The translations under genes and the position numbers were made by a program. The notes under the pieces are model-generated. The model saw nothing but the letters and a program-made list of their open reading frames with translations. It searched no databases and was not told the DNA's origin. From Marsupella aquatica (Eukaryota; Plantae; Marchantiophyta), in assembly GCA_973895155.1 (NCBI GenBank), contig OZ316891.1, positions 7,061,808-7,125,807 on the forward strand: a stretch of 64,000 bases of DNA. The letters are read 5' to 3'. This document shows positions 27,056 to 40,845 of this stretch, in pieces (the first letter of the stretch is position 1; each line of letters begins with the position of its first letter).

Positions 27056-27789
27056 ATTTATTGACTGAAAAAAGCACTGGAAAATACACTCTTACACACT
27101 CTACTAAACCCATAAATCCTGAGACATTTCCTTGAGGGACCCCAGACCAAAGTGTTTTCCCCAACCAACCCCATGAGGTTTGGGGCACATAAGCAACAAT
27201 TTTTCTTTTCGGGGTCCATCAAATAAATAAATGTCTCATAAATCCTTATGCCCTTTTCATCTTCCCTTTTCATCCGGGCAGGATGGGGAGCCCAAGGAAA
27301 AAGCGCAGAAAAAATCCCTCGCTTTTTATGTATGTACGAAAATATTAAAAAAATAAACAAATAAAAAGATCCGACATCGGGGACATACAGCAAAGCGCCA
27401 TAGAGGTGTAAGTAAGTAATATTAATAACGCTTTACCACGGTGAAAGCCAGGATATTTCGACTTCCTTAGCGGTACAAAAAGCGCCCATCCCCACTGGCG
27501 GCCAATCCCGTGGCTGCAAAGGATTTTTATGTCTAAATCGCTCTCCAGATTCTTCCGAACCCACGCTCATCCTGACCTTTAGATCAGCAACCAAGCGTGG
27601 AGATTGGTGGGTTTTTGTTAAATAAGAATATAAATATTCTCCTGGCATGGTGATCACATTGGTTTACCCCAGAAAAGGGGTTCGTCTACAGTTGGGGCCT
27701 CTCGTTATCATCGTCAGGCCCCACAGGCAGGGAGGATCCGGCGGTCCGTGGCTGGAGACTCCTCGTGCTATAGAAGACCGGTATTAGTA

Positions 27790-28060
27790 ACCGTGGGGTT
27801 TGTCATCCTCCTTTGTTGGGGTGGGAGGGGGGCTCGGGGCCAAGGAGAGGGCCAAAGCATGGAGTGATTTTTTTAGTTTTGTGATCCTTTCAGTTGTTGG
27901 GGTGGAAAGGGGGCAATGAGAGGGCCAAGCATGGAGTGATGTCTTAGTTTTGCGATCCTCCTTGTTGGGGTGGGAAGGTGACAGGGGGAGGACCAAGCAT
28001 GCACTGGTTTTTTAGTTTTGTTCTTTGTAGTAGGGCCAAGGGGAGGGCCAAGCATGCACA
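27790..28060. repeat. Degenerate ~70-bp tandem repeat, ~4 copies
   Basis: Recurrent (g)gccaagcatg(g/c)a...tttttagtttt...gttggggtgg at ~27850, 27923, 27990 and 28045. Confidence 0.7.
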
Positions 28061-28061
28061 T

Positions 28062-28145
28062 CCTAAACCCTAAAACCAGTGGATCCTAAACCCTAAACCC
28101 ATCAGCCCATCCGCCCACCCTACCACCCTAAACCTTAAACCTTAC
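28062..28145. repeat. Short interstitial plant telomere-like (CCCTAAA) motifs
   Basis: cctaaaccctaaaa at 28062 and 28085; accctaaaccttaaacctta at ~28125. Also tagggtttaggg at 28855. Confidence 0.6.
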
Positions 28146-28864
28146 ACTAAGTCAAGAGGGCCCTACCCATGATTTAGTGCTACTTACTTGCACTAATTTT
28201 GTTATAGCACTAATTTGGCGTGCATAAATTTGTGCTATTTTGGTCTCAAGAGTGGAAAAATAGTGAAAACTTTATTTTGAAAAGTAAACAAGTATTATTG
28301 TTACTTTGAACTCATGATCATATGCATCAAGATCATTGTTACTAACACCAATTGGATTGTAACACCTATTCTTGCATAACACTAAATGCATTGAACAATC
28401 TAGGCAGCAAAAAATCAGGAATACTTTATAGCTACATACTAGGTGGAACCCACATCTTGTCCGTGATAGACCATTGAAGAGTCCATTAGCCAAATTCAGT
28501 TCCTTGACAATACAGAACGAAAGGGGGACAAGCACTCTTAAGGTCATGTAGTAGTTTAGATACTGTATGAGTAGGGCTTTTATAGGGTCAAATGCACGAA
28601 CTGTTCATAATAATCCCAACAAAGATCTCTCAGGCACAAAGATATTTTGAGACAGCTCTTGTGGCACTGCTGCTATGGTGGTGGGGTGTTCCCAGTCAGC
28701 AAATCCTATATTCTTACATGGGAGTCTGGGAGATACTTGCCTTAGTGCAATCTCGGTTGACCTTAGAATCTTAGCATTTGCATCACAAAAGTTTTTGAGG
28801 TTTCACAAGAACTCTGAATATTTTGCTAGTCAATTTATTGCCTAAGGAGATATATAGGGTTTAG

Positions 28865-29132
28865 GGTATATATACCGAGTCAAAGGGCAGAAACACCAGA
28901 CCAGGAGACAGTGTCCCAAGGGCACAACAGCCCAATTAAAAGAGGGGGGGGGGGGGGGGGGGGCGGGTGGAGCCCCAAAGAAAACCAAAAGGTACAACAA
29001 GCTCTGAGGGACCTAAAAAAATTAGAAGAACCGTGACCAGAAACTAACAGGCAGCAAAGAAGCCGAAAAGCTTAACACCCTATGATTGTGCGGAGAACTG
29101 AAAAGTCTGATAAAGCTCTGGAGTAAACCGCA
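28865..29132 (-). mobile_element. Copy of dispersed repeat family (retroposon 3'-end-like)
   Basis: Revcomp ggtttactccagagctttatcagacttttcagttctcc...ggggtgttaag...tttctgccctttgactcggtatatata aligns by eye with 56903-56975 and 57430-57595. Confidence 0.65.
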
Positions 29133-31161
29133 TATGAGTGTACTAGTGTGAACTTATTTTGAATTTTTTGGCAATTTTCCCATTTTGAAACCTCAGTAGA
29201 AGTTATGAGACTCATCAAATTTTCATTGCAATCAACAAGAGTTGGCTACTATCTTATCATCCCATCCTATTGTTCAAAATTGGAAAGTAAACATGGCATC
29301 ACCAAATATCTGAAGATAAATATGGCATCAAACCTGGGATTTAAGGTGAAACCAAAGATAACATAAACCCCCTGGCCAAATCCCACTTTTGGGAGTTAAA
29401 ACCCGCTGAGTCTCTTTCTATGACAATCTAGTGCTCATAAGCTCAAGGATCATTGACATCCATCAAACATTCTACAACTCCAAACTCAATGGAACTTAGA
29501 TGGCTAGGGATGGTTGAGAAGTATAATATTACTTGAGTTACAGGACATAGGACTTTTGGGATTAAGAGTTTGGAGTACATCAAACACTATAGTGTCCTAT
29601 CCCAACCATTCTGGCCAATTGCCTGTTGACAAATTGTAATCTTGGCAGTAAAAAAACTTCTGGCCATTCCCTGAAAATGCTGTTTTGTCACCTTGGCCAC
29701 CCTCCTCGCAAGTCCTCCCCACACACCCTCAGCTTCACTGTCCCATGCCTCCCTAATCGTGTAACACATGGGCATTGGGCTTGTGGACATAGAAAGTGTT
29801 AATTGAAGGGACAACTTGTTTGGCAAGCACTGTCGGAAAAAGATAATATGTTGCAAGTAGCCACAACTTTGAGGTAGGGCTATGGCGACACCTCCCAAGG
29901 CTACTTAGTAATGCATAGTTGGCTTTCAGCGACCACAGTAATATTTCAGTGCACAACAACACCAGAAGTTTGCCTTCAATCCTGCTAGGACAGTAAATTT
30001 GTCACTGAATGGATAGTAAATTTGTCACTGAATGGATAGTTTTCACGTCGATTGGGCTAGCAAAACTTTTGGTTTGCGTGTAGGCTGGCTTTATGCGTTG
30101 CTTCTTTGTGGTTGCCTTCTTTAGTTCTCATTGGATCACTCCATTCTGTGCACCTGGTTTGCTGGTGGTGTCCCACGTGGGCTTGCAACTGTTCTTTGTC
30201 CGCACTTCATTACTTTGTTGAAGTATATATTAACTTTCCAGGCCCCCCCCAAAAAACCGCTTCCACTCCTACTGCAAGACTCATTTGAAGTGACGCCCTC
30301 TCGTAGCTTAGCTTTGCAAAAAGTAAGACAAAGTTTCCGTTCAGAAATGGCTTTGAGCTCAAAACTTCTCTTCAATATATATAATTATCTTCTTTATGGT
30401 CAACTCCAAGCCGTAGATATGGAACCCATGATCTTGCATTACCCTGAAGACTCCTAAAGTGTGAGAGTTTAGGAAAGCTCTTCTGCTAAAGGGAGGCTTG
30501 GGATATACAGTCTGTGACGTAACCTCAAGAAATTAAGACGTCAGGAAGCAATCCCAATGTCGAACTTTACGAACACATACAAGACATGAGATTCAATTAG
30601 ATCAGAGACTTTCGTTTCGTGGATGACGCAAAAACAGTTCATCCATGGTATGGAGAAATCTGTAATCAACGCGATGTGCATGCTCACCAAAGTTTCTCGT
30701 AGCCCATCTGTGTGTTTATGCAGAATGGGTTTGAGTTGTAGCATTTCCCTCTCCGAGAAACCTGCTGCATATGCATAACTCGGGGACAAATGCAAAAGTC
30801 CCATCTTAAACGCCTTTGAGAAACTACAGTATGCAATGTCATTGGAAAAAATGTCTGTAACACATCCCTTGCAGACCTCTAGTTCTATGCGGGAAATCCT
30901 CAAAATAGGCATGTGAGACTCCTGCAACGGCTCACACCTTGTTGATAGAAGGAGCTTTGCATGTGCTCAAATCCTCTATTTTCAGCAGGGGTGTGCTGTC
31001 ATTGTGGTTCTGAGTATCCATCTAGGAAATAACCAGAAGTACCTTCAGAAATAAATAGCACTACTTTTGCAGCACGTTGCTTTCCATAGGGTTTAAAATG
31101 TTGAGAAAACGTTAAAACTCTTACTTTTCTGTAGTCGAGCATCTCACCAAAAGTCATTGCA

Positions 31162-34100
31162 TCATTCTGCTGGTTTTGCATGATCGTCGAGCCACTGAAA
31201 GAGAGTTCCAAAGACCTGCTCCACATTCTCAGGTGTCTCTCCAATCAACTGGTGCCACATACCTTCAAAACACATAGGCACGTTAACCGACGTTGGTCAG
31301 AGAGGCTTGCTGATGACTGCTGATGATAACCGTTCAAAACTGATGTCTAAAGTGAAGGGGTCATTGGCAAGCTTGGTGCTCTCTGAATAATCCTGACGAT
31401 TTGACTAGATTCAGACTGACACAGCCAAACGTAAGACTCGTAGACATCTGCTACGGACTTGCTGGTGAAAAGATGTATACTTCGCTATTTACCATGTTCT
31501 AAAGTCCTTCAAAATACCTTTCCCTTCAACTTGCAGTGAGAGTCTTGCCTACTTCTCAAGCTGTCATCGTCAATACTGGAGTGTAATTATATTGCAGTTC
31601 CTTCTAAAGTTACTTTCGTGCCCAGAAGTGAATCTGTGGCATTGCCATTGGTGGCCACAACTGAAGGTAGATGAAGCTGAAACTAAAGTCGGAAGAAACC
31701 TGACATTGGACTAAAAAATGCTTGCGAAGGTTGGTTCTACCCACTTTATCAAATGGATATCCTAAACACACACTGAAGCCTACAAGATAGCCTCGGGATG
31801 GAATGTTCTTGGCAGAAAGCGTAACGCTTTGAGTAGTGCAATGTTAGCATTGTGAAGACACGATTCTATCAGGAGAAAGAGTAAAGAATTGTTCGAGAGA
31901 ACAGAATGCAGTATCAGGGCCGAATTGCTACGGTAACATGTCAATGAAGATCTCAAGTGCAAGTAAAAGGAAGCCTACTTTATCAAATGGATATCCTATA
32001 CACACACTGAAGCCTACAAGACAGCCTAGGCATGGAATGTTCTTGGCAGAAAGCCTAACGCTTTGCGTAGTGCAATGTTAGCATTGTGAAGACACGATTC
32101 TATCAGGAGAAAGGGTAAAGTATTCTTCGAGAGAACAGAATGCAGTATCAGGGCCGAATTGCTAAGGTAACATGTCAATGAAGATCTCAAGTGCAAGTAA
32201 AAGGAAGCCTAGCATTCATAGGGGTCCATCTTGAGCAAGGCTATAGCATTTCAGTTAACGGATTGCTCGGTCACCCCTGGTTCCTCCAGAAACCGTAACG
32301 CAGGAATTGTGTTACAATGATAAGAATGATTGCATGAACCGATAAGTTTTGGTCTACAGGTCCCTTAGGCCATCGGACAAGAAGGTTCATAGAGTACTTT
32401 ATGCACTTCAGGGTATGACATCACTCTATCAACAGTCCGGAAAATGGAGTACTTCAGTGGAGGATGCCTAGTAAAGATAATACTCTACGGGACAAATGAT
32501 TAATCAGGCACTTTACTAGATTGGAAAGAATCCTTGTCAAGAGAGGCTTCTGTTAACACAAGGACTTCAGTGAAGATCGGGGTGAAGATACGTAACTTCA
32601 AGTTTGCCGCCTTTACTTGGTAGTGGCATGTTTTATCAAAGGAATGGTTCATCAAGTACTGGCGAGAAAGCAATGGGCTCAATTTGGCAGAAAGCTTACC
32701 ATCAAATACATGTACAGTTTTGTCAGCACTGCTGGCCTTCTCATATAGTGCTTCGCTCCCTCTTGGATCAGTCACAAAATCCAAGCGCCCGTGAACCGCG
32801 ATGAAAGGTACTCTAACCTCCGGTAGCCGCTTCTCAATCTCTGCTACACGCTGAAGAATCTCACTGGCTGTCCCCAGTCGTGGACGGCCAGCATACCTTA
32901 CTGGGTTGGCTTTGGCCAGGGTGCGCTTCCACTCTTCCTTGAAAGAAACTGAAGGAATGTCCTTTGTTGGAACTATGGCAAGCCGCTGAATACCCGGTAT
33001 CCACCTGCAAAGAACTGCTTACATCATCTAGTTTCCAGATTTGGAGGCAATTTGCAATTCATAATGTTCAAGCAGAAGTGGATGTCTGACCCATGCATGT
33101 GCTTGTTTCCTCTTCTGGCCTCTTTGTGCCTGTTGAGAACGGTCTTCAGATTCAAATGGTCAGATTCAAATGGTTGGATATTTTTAGAGGTGAGGAGAGA
33201 TGCAGCTACAACCATTGCACAGATTCTAGCTACTTGAGGAAGAAAGAATCAAAGGAATAAGGGCTGTCCAGTTATGATTCAGTTGCAGTGCATGCAAGAG
33301 AATCCACCACTTGACTAAATTAAATAAAAATTGAATATTAGTTTTCAACTCAAATTCTCTGATTAAAGACGGCATAATGTTGTCCAAGATGAAAGTGCCA
33401 CTTCAGGTCCGTCAGATCTTGGGGTCGTTCATCTCTTAGAGAAAAATAGCTTCATGGAACAATAACACAAAACCTTTGAAACACAATTCGCCAGATCCTT
33501 CCAGCTAGGACACTCGTCTTCGCCATTATCATGCGAACCACTGCTTCTAATACTTTTTAGAAGGAGCTGAACTGAGTTATGATCAGTTCAGTTGTGCAAA
33601 GGGGTAAGAACTGCAGTCAAACTTCGGACCTTAAAAACTTTTGTCAAAAGGAAAAGTCTCAATGGAGGGTGGCTTAAGCATTTCGCCAATTCTGCGAATA
33701 AGGAGATGGTGTTACCTGACTATAAAGAGCAATAATGGCTTCACCGGCCATGGAGGTTCGTACTTGGCTGAGATGGACAACATAGCCCCATTGAGCATCA
33801 CACCTTTGTACACATCAGGCTGCTTGAAGGTCATAAACACGATGATTGCACCTCCCATCGACTCGCCGTACAGGAGAGCTGGAAGATTAGCATTTTCCTC
33901 AGCCTTTCTTACACCATCAAAGAAGTGGATACAGTCGTCCACAATATTATGGATTGATGGGACGTAGCCCTTCAGTCCTCCTGTTTTACCATGGCCTTCG
34001 TGGTCTATAGCGTGCACAGAGTACCCTCGTTGTGCAATCGCTATTGCTGTGAGCTGCACAAGCCATCCACTGTCGGCTCCATACCCATGACAGACAAACA

Positions 34101-34275
34101 CGAGGCCTTTGACAACTCCCTCCCTAGGTTTCCAAGAGTGTGTATATTGTGAGAACCCTCTTGGATTCTCCAAAAAAGACTCACAATGAATCACCTTATG
34201 ACGAATGTAGAAGTCCTCAGGAGAGTACTTCCCGAATATGGAGTCCACATTAGAGTCAGTCACCGGATGAGGCAT
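31162..34275 (-). CDS. Monoacylglycerol lipase / caffeoylshikimate-esterase-like alpha/beta hydrolase (Hydrolase_4), 3 coding exons, ~321 aa
   Basis: Exons 34275-33716, 33004-32700, 31262-31162 (966 nt). Motifs CHGYG, DHEGHGKTGG, nucleophile GESMGG, HGRLDFV (Asp) and GMWHQL (His). The N-terminus MPHPVTDSNVDSIFGKYSPEDFY resembles the plant MAGL14/16-type subgroup. A 5'UTR intron is likely at ~34857-34308. Confidence 0.93.
31742..32211. repeat. ~235-bp tandem duplication inside intron 2 of the hydrolase gene
   Basis: actttatcaaatggatatccta.acacacactgaagcctacaaga...gtgcaagtaaaaggaagccta x2, roughly 95% identical by eye. Confidence 0.95.
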
Positions 34276-36389
34276 TTGCGCTTGAAGCAGTCGATCCTTC
34301 CTCGGACCTGTTTTAGAGTCCCGAGTCAGAGAAAGAAGCAGAACTTGGCAGAGAAGACAATCAATTCAGGCCGCTGCAATTTTTCAAATGCTACGTAATA
34401 TTCAATTTCACGAAGAATGAGACCCGAAGAAATGAATACTCAAGTAATCAATGCAATCTCCTAGCTCAGGATGGGCGACTGAATTACGAAAAGACAGAAG
34501 AGCAAGGAGACACTGGGTCGAACTGAATGGATTTTCGGAGGTTTTGAGGATGGAAGAACTCAAATAGAAACCTAGAGGCTCAAGCAAGCTGGATGCGTCG
34601 CCATTGATTCGAACCGTAGTTTTCTGATCAAACCGCAAGGAATCAATACATAAAGATCAATTTAAGGCCCTGTCGTGCGCTCACTCATTCCTCTATAAGA
34701 ATTGCGATCCAGGCAGGAAGCATGGATTCACGTCCCCTCCTCTAGGAATAATATATGGCCTTGAGCTGACAAAGGGGATATTCCACTTTGCACACCAAAT
34801 TACTGTGTAACGATAAGCACGGAGACTGGTAGACTCGAGACGTACGGGTCCACTTACCGACTAGAACGGTTTAAGAGATGGATACAGCAGCTTCTTCGTG
34901 TTCAACCTCCACGCCTCCCGTACATGGGGTCTCAAGAGCAACGACGCAAAGGAGGACGACCTTTCTGCAAACTGAATTCAGTCGTCCAAACGTTGTTGGT
35001 GGGCGATACACGGAGTTGCCGTGATTTCTGTGTTGTACTCCACTGCGCTGACCGGACAAAGCACACCACAGAACCATATCTTCAGGCCTATTTTAATATT
35101 TACGTTGCATTGGAAGTTAGGTTGAAATTCACAGGGGAGAAAGGAGCCTCTGTGATCTGGGTCCGGAGTAGACCGAAAGGGAAATCCTCAAAAGGTAGTA
35201 CTCCTCGAAACTGGGCCCAGTCAGCGATTGATGCACCGTCTTATCACGTCTTCGCGGTTCTCCCGCAGCGATGTCAGCTATAAAAGGGAGCCTAAAGTTG
35301 CAAGAGAAAACGCTTGTTGTTTCTCCCTTAACCCATTAAATCCATGCGGACTTTCAAATCCGTTCAGAGATTCATTCATCGTCCGCCTCGTACATCAGCA
35401 TCCATGTTTCCCCCCCCCCCCACCTATCTCTTTCCAGGACAGAATTGCGTTTGCCAAACTTCGAGGCGGGCTCTCATTGTATGTACATTGACGTTGGGAA
35501 ATATCTGAAAGACACATAAACGAAACCCTAACATCCATCGCCACCTACTCGTTTCCAGGGAGCAGCTACCAGCAGGAGGTTTCCTTTATCGCATTGCCTC
35601 TGTAAACATGCTTCCTATCTGTGTAGGATCTGCTTGGTTGGGAGGCCCGAGGCGTGCTTGGAAACTTCCGTGGAAGCCAGACAAAGACGATAGCTTTGTA
35701 TTTTCCTTCAATTCCTTGTCCCATCTGTGCCTCCATGAACTTGACAATCATTACGTACACTTGGATTCACTTCTCTACAATGACCGTGACCGTGCGCTTT
35801 CTAGGGCCTTTGACCTTCAAACTACATATTCTCTAGCAAAGTTGCAGTATAATGTCAACTGAGTTGAATTTGGATTCGCCTGTCACTTTGTCTTTTACTA
35901 ATCACTCATCCTCAGATATTTCCGCATTTGCCTAGGGATCTCAGACACTATCCTCAAGGTCCCCCACATGGCTTCACTATAGACCAAGCTCAGCCCTTAC
36001 TACCCAGCTCATGCGAGTTGCGTCGACAGTAATCAACCCACCAATCTGGATGAATTCTCCACATTCTGAGCAACAGATCTTGACTCACCGGAAGATCACT
36101 GGCGAGTTTGAATCTCCGTCCTCCTTTGGATCTCCTTGGTGTTATCGGGTGGACCTTGGAGCACCATCAATTACGAAGAGTATCGCTGTCCTCGGTCCGG
36201 AGCAAAGCATGGGGTGTATTTGCATTTTAGAGATTCTCTCCTTCTTCTGTAATGCGCACCCCCAGCTTTGGACTCAATGTGGTAAGCATTCGGCTGCTGC
36301 TGCTGCTGCCGCTTCTGGTCCTGTGACATAGGGGGTAGTTTAGTGGACTGTCAGCTCGTGCCGTTCTCCGAGCATTCAGCGCATACCTC

Positions 36390-39300
36390 ATGGCTTCACG
36401 AGTTAGCCCGTTACAGGCTCATGTTCCAGCTCACCAAGTCAGCATGACAGGCGCAGAGGACGAAGGCGGCGGTGTTGGTCGTAAGTATATGGTGCTAGCA
36501 AAAAAAAGCATCAACAGCTCCAGACCACAAACGAGTAGCCTCACTGAGTGTTTCAAGATTACTTGCGGAGACAAAGGCCGCCCAGAGAGTGTGTCCAACA
36601 AGACACTTGAACCTCCTCCAGGCGAAGTTTCTTTCAAAAATGGAGTGCGAGCTTTGTGGGCAGATAAGCACTGCCCAAGATCTCTGTCCGGTTTCCAGTG
36701 TCATGCTCAGCAAACCCAGCAACTGAAACAGCTGGTATGTATGGTAACCCCTGCATAACAGGATACGGGCCGTTTTGTCGGCCAATTTCCATAACACGCC
36801 GACTTCTCTCAATTGTTGAATTCGATTCGCTGTTGTCTACCTCACCGAAAAACCTGGGAGCTACAGTAATGCATTGGACTGCCAATTTTGCCGAAATTCA
36901 TCAACTCTTGGTCATTTTTCATTTGAATGGTTCTTTATAGAGTGAGTGGACCTTCATACGCTCTATTTCAAAGATTAACATTTGGGCACCAGTTGGAGTG
37001 CATCTAATTTTCTACCCCGCGTCAGAGATCCAAGCCCTGTTAATGTGCAAGTACATAGTAAAGATGGCTAGTCATTTCTAGTTAATCTGAAGGTAGGCTT
37101 CAGACAAGTCTGCATTTCCCCAGCTCTGTGCAATGGTGCACCTTTTGGAGCACCAAATTCATTGGAGAATGTTGTCTAAGTGATCTTAACACATTAGGAT
37201 GTGGATCGGATGTGGGAAATGTTCATTGATCCCCTTCTCGTGGGTCAGACTCCCTCAATGCCTACATTGCCTACTGTCCTCCCAAGTAAGTTCCAGCTCC
37301 GACGTTAAAATTGAACTGCTTACTCTTTTGCTTTGTGAAGCCTTGAAGGCATCCACATTGGTCAACCCGCACGAGACTACTACCGTTTCCTCTACGTGAT
37401 CATGGAATCTCTTCTTCATTTGGCTCAGTGAGAATCCAGGAGCATTTAGAAAATCCTCTTTTGGCTAATGAATGGCAGTTGTGAATTGTTGACAGATTTC
37501 TCAAGGCAATTGCCCCACTCTGATCCTTGAAGGTCCAAGTGGAGCAGGGAAGAAGGCATTGGCAACAGCTTTGCTTCATGATATCTTCGGAGACGCAAAG
37601 GTTTGTGATTTTCGGTCTGTGTAAACTTCGCTTTGATTTGTGTGTAAAAGCCGCACAATGCGTATATTTTCCGCCACTCAGTGACGGAATCATCCATGTT
37701 TCGTTCTGACGTTTCTTGGATCGTCTTTGTAGATTCTTCATGAATACAAACCTTTTCCAGTCCAGGTACTTCTCAAACCTTTGAAGTTCACGTTTGAAAG
37801 AAAATCGTCTTTAAGTAGTCATACGTTTAGAGTAGTTTTTCTTTTAACAAAAGCCTCAAGGGGGTGCACAACGTCGCTTTTCAACGCTCAGAATCATGTG
37901 GAAAATTATTGAAAGGAAAGATAAGCAGCAAAGCAAACACAAGGTTGCGTGCTTCAACTTTCATGTCATTGCATTGACTGCGCAAACTTCAAACCTAGTA
38001 TTTTCCTTTTTAGTTACTTGGCTTGATCTTTCATAAGGATAATGATTGATCTAACCTTTCGAGGCTGAACTTGCCATTTCAGGGAGGACCACAGCCCACA
38101 ATCACGGTACCTATTGCTACGAGCAGATACCATGTGGAGGTCGATCTTCTTCATGTTGGAGAATTTGACAAGGACGTGCTGCCAACTATCTTCAAGGAAA
38201 TCAATTTCAGTTCCCAAAGGGCCAGGAACAGTCCAACGATATGTAGTTCAGATGTTGATACGTTTAAATGTAAGCGGTCAAAATAGTTTATGATGCAATG
38301 GATTTTTTGTGATGGCTTCGAGGCTAATGCATCTACACCACAAATCGCTTCATCTGAACTAAACTGGGTTGTCTTCTAGCGTCTTATCTTCTATTGAATC
38401 ACATTGCAGCTCAAGGATTGTTGCTATGAATTGGTTTTGTAGTGATTATGGTACTTCATGGAGAACTTTTGTCTTGGGAAGCTCAGCAGAGTTTGCGTCG
38501 ACTGATGGATAGATATGGGGACACCTGTAAGCTGGTTCTATGCTGCAACCTGAACGATGAAAGTGTAAACGAACCTGTACTCAGTGAAGCCATAAGATCT
38601 CGCTGTCAAATTATCAATGTGGAAGTGCCAAGTCAAGAAGAGGTTTACTTCAATCCGGAGACCTCCACTTTTTGAAACCTGTCCGTCTGTATCAGTGCAT
38701 TAGATGCCTTCATTCTCGTTTGAAATTACGAGGAAAGGACTTTTTAACTTGTTCAGAATATGACCAGATGGTGAGAGTCTTGATTCAAGTTGCCAAGAAG
38801 GAAGATATAAATCTGCCGAAGGCCGTTGCTGCTAGGATTGCAGGCCACTGCAAAGATAGCCTTCGCAAAGCAATTGTTCAACTTGAAACCTGCAAACATT
38901 ATCAGTGCGTGCCGTTTTTCCATGAATGTCATTGCAATCAAAGTCGTTGTCCTCACTTCCCCTACGTAATGTCCAGGCTATATACAAGACAAGTTAAGAG
39001 GTGGATTGTTACAAGAACAGATGGACAGCGTGTTTCTGAAATCTATGTTGTTAACTTTTCAGAGGCCAGAAGTCCCTGCAATCTGGGGATATTTTGACTA
39101 ACCTATGGTGTTTAATATTTACATAGGTACCCTTTTTCGTTGGGCCAACGTGTCCACATAAGTCACTGGGAGGAGGACGTCATCGAGATTGTCTCGGACA
39201 TTATGGCCGATCCTACTCCTAAGAGGTGTATGTATCTTATGGAACTCTAGGCGGTATCACAGGTCACAAAGCAGCATTCGTCATTTTCAATTGATACACA

Positions 39301-40845
39301 AAACATCAGTTCTTATGTAGCCTTGGGTTCGAATGTGGAAATCTGATAAGAACTTCGATCCAACGTAATGCACCTTTGGGAGGATGTTATTAAGTGATAT
39401 CAAGTGAGCACACATTCCAAGTACAAGTCTTATTAAGAAAGCCACTGGAGCTGCACGATGTGAAATGTGATCATAGTTCTCACTTGGCCTGAAGATCTAG
39501 TGAAAGTTCTGCGCTTTCATGCCCTGACTGAATTGTTCCATGGAAGATAACGGCCGTTCCTGCTAAGGACAAGTTCTAAAACAAAGCTGATCTGAGAATT
39601 TCTGTCACAGGCTTTTCATCGTTCGTGCAAAGATGCAGACCCTCCTGACTAATTGCGTGTCACCTATTCTCATCCTTCAGGTAACTCTTCAGCCTATTCA
39701 TGGCCCCCGTTATCATCTTTCAGGTAAAAATCTCTTGCAACAACTGCATGTGGTGCGGTTTTGAAACTTTCAAAGGGTTGTTACAATTCACGGACAGTGT
39801 CATACATCCAAATTGGACCAGAGGTGTTTCGGTGTGGTGGTTTGCGAGTGGTTGTATATATTGTTTGCTTTTTGAGGTATTCAGTCGGAAGCCACGTTGA
39901 TCAATGCAGCTACTTGTTTCTGATAAATTTCTAACACGGATCACAGAAATTGATAGAGGAGTTGCTGCTACAAACTGATTCTCAACAGCTTAAAAAGCAT
40001 ATTTGTCATTGGGCTGGCTTCTATGTAAGATCCACTAATCCTTCCTGATGGCTCTATACTCTGGACTGTAGAGGATTGGACTTCAACTGTCCGGCCTTTT
40101 TGTGAAATACACTGGATTCTTGTTAGCCTAAAGCTGTCCATTTCTCAAGGCACATGCCCCACATGGTTGTAAGGAAATGTAGCGTTGCAACTCATTTATT
40201 CTTCGAAGGTATTCCAAGATATCCCTGGGCGTTGATTGACCCTGGGTAAGACCTGGAATGTGCTAGCATGGGACCTCATGCTGCAGCTGATACCTCTTTA
40301 AAACAATGGTCGCAGGAGACACGACTGCGAACAGTGCCTAATCCAATATTTCAGCTGGAAGGTTTGTTTGTTACAATGAAGATCGGTTTTATATTAATTC
40401 CTGCAAGCTACTGTACTGTGTTGGTTTGATTGCTTTGTATCTCGACTAAGCGCTAATTTCTTAGGCATGAGCAGGAAAGAGTATCAAGGTTCAAGTACAA
40501 TTAACTAACATCCGGTTGAGTGTTAGTTGCTATTTATTTCTCTCGGGTCTAGCAACGCTCGTGATTCCCTGTGAAGCGCCCCTCATTCTTTAACAACTAC
40601 ATGAAATGAAAACGTGTCATTTCAAGCCTGCATTTTGCGAGCTCACTGGCGATTGCTTTCTTGTTGTTGCAGCATATCTGGCAAAGATCACGAGTATGTA
40701 CAAGATTCAAACCACACCGAAAGCTCAACGTACCGTTGAATCGCGTCCTTCCTTGGACAGGCATCCCTTGGAGTTTGAAATGTCCCCAAGTCAGCATATT
40801 AAGCGTTTCTTCACGAAATATGATGGCTCAATCAGATCCAAGTGA
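36390..40845 (+). CDS. Divergent replication factor C subunit 3/5-like AAA+ clamp-loader paralog, ~11 exons
   Basis: Approximate exons: 36390-36734, 37496-37600, 37733-37764, 38083-38268, 38443-38642, 38769-38904, 39127-39225, 39611-39680, 39947-40024, 40316-40361, 40653-40845. Motifs LWADKHCP (RFC box II), GPSGAGKK (the RFC3/Rfc5-type degenerate P-loop), SRYHVEV, AQQSLRRLMDRY, IRSRC, CKDSLRKAI, YPFSLGQ, WAGFYETRL and FQLEAYLAK. Confidence 0.9.

Noticed and set aside
28062-28145. True telomere or chromosome fusion site
   Set aside because: Only a few degenerate CCCTAAA units, which are common in plant repeats.
19857-28648. Evening-element matches (AGATATTTT at ~19857, ~19998, ~28640) around the COR27-like gene
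   Set aside because: Two are downstream of the gene and one is ~2.6 kb beyond the presumed TSS within repeat DNA; chance occurrence is likely.
29640-29830. LINE RT C-terminal remnant (CLP...GIGLVDI...N...GK)
   Set aside because: The similarity needs several frameshifts and is too short to support without a search.
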